Positions 60,648-64,000 of a DNA stretch of 64,000 nucleotides are shown here, one piece after another; position 1 is the stretch's first letter; every line of letters begins with the position of its first letter. The translations under genes were made by a program, and so were the position numbers. Origin of the DNA: Phycisphaerae bacterium (GTDB taxonomy: Bacteria > Planctomycetota > Phycisphaerae > UBA1845 > Fen-1342); contig CAXXWX010000010.1 of the NCBI GenBank assembly GCA_963675745.2, positions 32,001 to 96,000 on the forward strand, read 5' to 3'. The notes beneath the pieces are model-generated. The model saw nothing but the letters and a program-made list of their open reading frames with translations, was not told the origin of the DNA and did not search any database.

Positions 60648-61622
60648 CCGTTCCTCCATGACGGTTCGGGAGCGCGGCGTTAGTGCTGCCATCACGGGTT
60701 ATGTGCCCGAGTTGGCGGCATCTCGGGATACAGCCGAACGTTCCGGCGTCGTTCAGTTCTTTATGAAGGGGATCGCCGTCGCGGATTGCCCAACTCCATT
60801 CACCGGAGCAAGTTACCCGACACAAAGCAGGGTATCGTGCTTCGCGTTCCACATCAAGCACGTTCTCCGTTGGCGTGCGTGAGCAGGCGCCGGGCCTCGG
60901 GGCAAGTTTCGTCTTGCATGGGGGCGTTGGAGGCGGCCGACATCGTCAAGAAGAACATGCCACGCGGACCGAGGTTCGGTTCCTGACGACGCGACGGAGC
61001 AGCGTGGGATTTTCTGCTCGTACGCTGTAGGCCGGCGCTGCTGGCAACGTATCCGCAAGCAACGACTCGATCGGGCTCGGTGAACTCACCGGGCCCCTCT
61101 ATGTCCCCATGCGCGGGACGTGTGCCCAACTCGACTTGGGCGTCGCCCATTTGGAGGATCTGAAACGCGCCTCGGTCTTGCACCGCTATCCGCATAGAAG
61201 GTCGAGCGATCGGCTGCTGCGGATCTGGATGACGTTGCTACGCGGAGGAATCGAGAATGCACTCTCTTGATGACGCGTTCTTCTCAACCGATCGCGCACC
61301 CCGTTTGCTCGTCATGCCGCACTTTGGTGGGGGGCTTGACGTTGGACCGCGATTGGCGGGTTCCCACCGACCAACGATGGCGCTCAATCACTGGCACAGG
61401 TACTCCAGAACAACGCCTGGGGGCAAAAGAGGGAGGGGCTTGAGGTGCGACTTTGCGATCAGGATGAGCAGCTGCTTGCGACCTTGTCGGTCGACGGCGG
61501 GCGATGGACACGTGAGGATCCCTGCGGCGGGATGCCTCCTGTCGGTCGCGGCACACGCTAACTCACTGTCATGCAGCAAGTAATGCCTCGACGACTCGCG
61601 GCGATAGGTGACTCGCCGCCTT

Positions 61623-61656
61623 CGCAAAAAGTTCTAACCGTGTCCAGTCACTTCGA
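61623..61656 (+). mobile_element. Putative att site (element arm plus degenerate tRNA-Pro 3'-end core)
   Basis: CGCAAAAAGTTCTAACCGTGTCCAGTCACTTCGA; homologous to 7223-7256; direct orientation with the tRNA-Pro(CGG) 3' end TCCTATCGCCCCGA. Confidence 0.6.
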
Positions 61657-61660
61657 GTTC

Positions 61661-61860
61661 TTAAGTCCTTTTTGGGGAACAGCTTACAGAAGCCTCGCCT
61701 GGGGCCGAATGAGCGGAAACGCCCCCATACGCAAGTCGTACGCAAGTCGCTGCGCCGGAGCCTCCCAGAATCGCCTCGTATCTCGACGCCGCCGCGCGGT
61801 CGTTTGCGTCGGCGGACTGGAGATAGAACTCACGTGTGGTCGTGATGGACGCGTGGCGAC
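61661..61860 (-). pseudogene. C-terminal remnant of a tyrosine recombinase
   Basis: RHASITTTREFY resembles box II (GHxxIxTTxxY); ends beside the att-like motif; contains tandem TACGCAAGTCG x2 at 61728-61749. Confidence 0.65.
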
Positions 61861-61875
61861 CACCCACGACTCATC

Positions 61876-62178
61876 GTGGTCGTAGAGATGTCGCCGATCG
61901 TCCCCGAGGACCGTCGTCGCGAGTTCGCCGAAGCTGTCGTGCGTGCCAACTACACGTTGATGTTGGGCCGGTTTGATCTGGACCTGCGCGACGGGGAGAT
62001 GGAGTTCCACAACTGCATGCCCGTGGCCGGCGGTGAGATCACAACTGAGCAGTTTGGAGACTTGCTGTACAGCTCGATCGTGACCGCGGATCGTTACGCC
62101 CGGGCGTTCAATCGCCTACTGTACGGCGATGACCTGTCGCCGGCGGAAGTGATCGCCGAGGCGGGAATGGCCGCATGA
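61876..62178 (+). pseudogene. YbjN-family protein, 5'-truncated
   Basis: VPEDRRREFAEAVVRANYTLMLGRFDLDLRDGEMEF...LSPAEVIAE; the N-terminal strands seem to be missing at the junction with the integrase remnant. Confidence 0.7.
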
Positions 62179-62301
62179 CTCAGCGCGGCATCCGTGTGAC
62201 CGAGCCGTCGGACGAGTTCGAATCCCTCGGACTGCAGCGAGTCCGCGACCTGGGAGAAGAGACCCCCGCAGTTTACTGAAAGGGCCGACGGGGAGGGTGT
62301 T

Positions 62302-63010
62302 ATGAACCGCACGATTGTCATCGGTGACATTCGCGCATGTCACGACGAGCTTCAGGATCTCCTGCAGCGTGTCGGCCCGACAGTGGACGACCGCATCATT
62401 GCGATTGGTGACGTGGTCGACCGTGGACCGGACAATCGCGGTGTGCTCGAGTTCATTCGCGATATGCCCAATGCAATATCGCTGATGGGTAGTCACGAGC
62501 GCAAGCATCTACGGTCCGCGCGGGGCGAAGTCGAGCCCGCCATCGCGCAGCGGATCACCCGGCACGAACTCGGCGACGCCTACCAGGAGTGGCTGGCGCT
62601 CATGGCGACATTCCCTGTCCACATTGAGCTCGCTGAAGCGCTGCTCGTCCATGGCTTCTTCGAGCCCGGTCTACCGCTGAAACTGCAGCGCGAAAACGTG
62701 CTGGTGGGTACAATGTCCGGCGAGGGACATCTGCGCCGCACGTACGCACAGCCTTGGTACGAGCTGTACGACGGGGATCGACCGCTCGTGGTCGGACATC
62801 ATGACTATCTTCGCACCGGCGAGCCGCTGATCCACAACGATCGCGTGTTCTGCATCGACACCGGAGCTTGTCGCGGCGGTCGCTTGACTGCGCTCGTGCT
62901 GCCGGAGTTCCGCATCGTGCAGGTGAATGCCCGGCGTGACCATTGGGCGCGCGTGAAAGGCGACCACGTCGTCGCGCAGCGCGCTGTTGCGTCGCACAAC
63001 AAAGGGAGGT
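62302..63010 (+). CDS. Calcineurin-like metallophosphoesterase (PPP/ApaH/Pnkp-phosphatase-like) with altered metal ligands; stop not found where expected
   Basis: VIGDIRA, GDVVDRGPD, MGSHE, LVHG, VVGH, CIDTGACRGGRLTAL. The ORF continues to 63348, overlapping the next gene. Confidence 0.8.
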
Positions 63011-63016
63011 ATCGGC

Positions 63017-64000
63017 ATGGCACAGCAACTACACGAGCTCCTACCGGGACTGGAAGTCGTCGCCACGGAGTCGGTTGGACCACTGCAGGTCTTCGGCCTG
63101 CGCGGGCGGCCAGCGTCGCGATTGAATTACTTGACGCTGGACGAGGCACTGACCACCAAGCACTTCCGCGTGGACGAAATCAGCGAATCCGGCAGCGTGC
63201 CGCAGCTCAAGCTGCAGAACGACGTGGATCAACGGGTGTTCGTTATGGCCGGCGAGCAACTCATTGGCGCCAAGCAGAATCGCGTCCTGAATGCGAGCCT
63301 GCTGGTCGAACGCAAGACGCAGATGCTGGCGCCGGTGAGCTGCGTTGAGCGGGGCCGCTGGTCGTATCGCAGCCGCTCGTTTGGCTCGAAGGGCTCGTCC
63401 TCGCATGGCTATCTGCGGCGGAAGATGTCCAAGGACAGCTACGAGGGCTATCGCAAACACTCGTACCCCAGGAGCAAGCAAGGCGAGGTCTGGGCTGAGG
63501 TGGATCGCAAGATGTTCGCGATGCAGAGTGCGTCCCCTTCGGACGCGCTCGATCAGGTCTATGACGACTATGCCGGCCAGCTTGATGACCTGCTCAGCCA
63601 AGTCAACGTGCCGGACGACTGCCGCGGCGTGGTGTTCGCGTTCGCGGGACAGATCGCCGGCGCAGACGTGTTCGACCAGCCGGCGACCCTCAGCAAGCTG
63701 CTGCCGAAGCTGCTGCGCGCCTACGCCCTGGACGCGCTCGAGGCGAACTCGGACCAGCAGGTTGAAGCCGATGTCGTGACCGCCTGGCTGGGCCAGGCGC
63801 GGGATGCGCAACTCGAACGCTTCGACTCGCCGGGACTCGGCCACGACTACCGGCTGGAGACGCCGCAGCTGGTCGGGGCGGCCCTGGCCTTCGAGAACCA
63901 GGCCCTGCACATCGAGCTGTTCCCGAGTGACGATGGGCCCGGCCGAGGGAGTCGCCGGCCGCAGCCGTCGCCCGCTCCTGCGCCCCGCGCATCGACGCCG
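63017..64000 (+). CDS. ARPP-1/DUF6569-like protein, running off the window end
   Basis: Not in the ORF track (no stop inside the window). GGGAGG SD; manual translation YLTLDEAL...VDEISESGSVPQL...GEQLIGAKQNRVLN...PVSCVERGRW...QGEVWAEV...GADVFDQPATL..LLPKLLRAYALDAL. Confidence 0.8.
   Translation, partial: MAQQLHELLPGLEVVATESVGPLQVFGLRGRPASRLNYLTLDEALTTKHFRVDEISESGSVPQLKLQNDVDQRVFVMAGEQLIGAKQNRVLNASLLVERKTQMLAPVSCVERGRWSYRSRSFGSKGSSSHGYLRRKMSKDSYEGYRKHSYPRSKQGEVWAEVDRKMFAMQSASPSDALDQVYDDYAGQLDDLLSQVNVPDDCRGVVFAFAGQIAGADVFDQPATLSKLLPKLLRAYALDALEANSDQQVEADVVTAWLGQARDAQLERFDSPGLGHDYRLETPQLVGAALAFENQALHIELFPSDDGPGRGSRRPQPSPAPAPRASTP

Noticed and set aside
61257..61560. Frameshifted hypothetical gene (MHSLDDAF... 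joined to ...LAQVLQNNAWGQK...)
   Set aside because: It needs an assumed indel in a G run and matches no family I recognise.

Overview
A high-GC bacterial chromosomal window, most likely from a planctomycete of class Phycisphaerae (inferred from a prepilin/H-X9-DG protein, Cys-containing dockerin-like tails and a planctomycete-type integrase N-terminus). Most of it is core genome: lspA, dksA-like, trpD, galK, der, glmM-like mutase, glgP, pyrR-pyrB, a sigma-54 activator, nfeD-floA and valS. It also carries many large secreted proteins, including three adjacent ones with a closely similar tail containing an invariant NNGDID motif. Two tRNA-Pro genes (GGG, 8498-8572, minus; CGG, about 59044-59116, plus) each head a decayed integration hotspot. 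Both hotspots carry the same 34-bp att-like motif (29/34 identical), an integrase remnant and short tandem repeats. The right-hand island ends in a YbjN fragment, an altered metallophosphoesterase and an ARPP-1/DUF6569-like gene that runs off the window. valS carries in-frame palindromic-repeat insertions. One of them is an 8-nt-period hairpin whose architecture recurs upstream of a four-helix-bundle gene fragment. Many single-base indels (about 41040, 49040, 56530, 57050-58730, 59045) look like long-read consensus errors, so pseudogene calls there are unsafe. All family assignments are by eye from motifs; no database searches were run.
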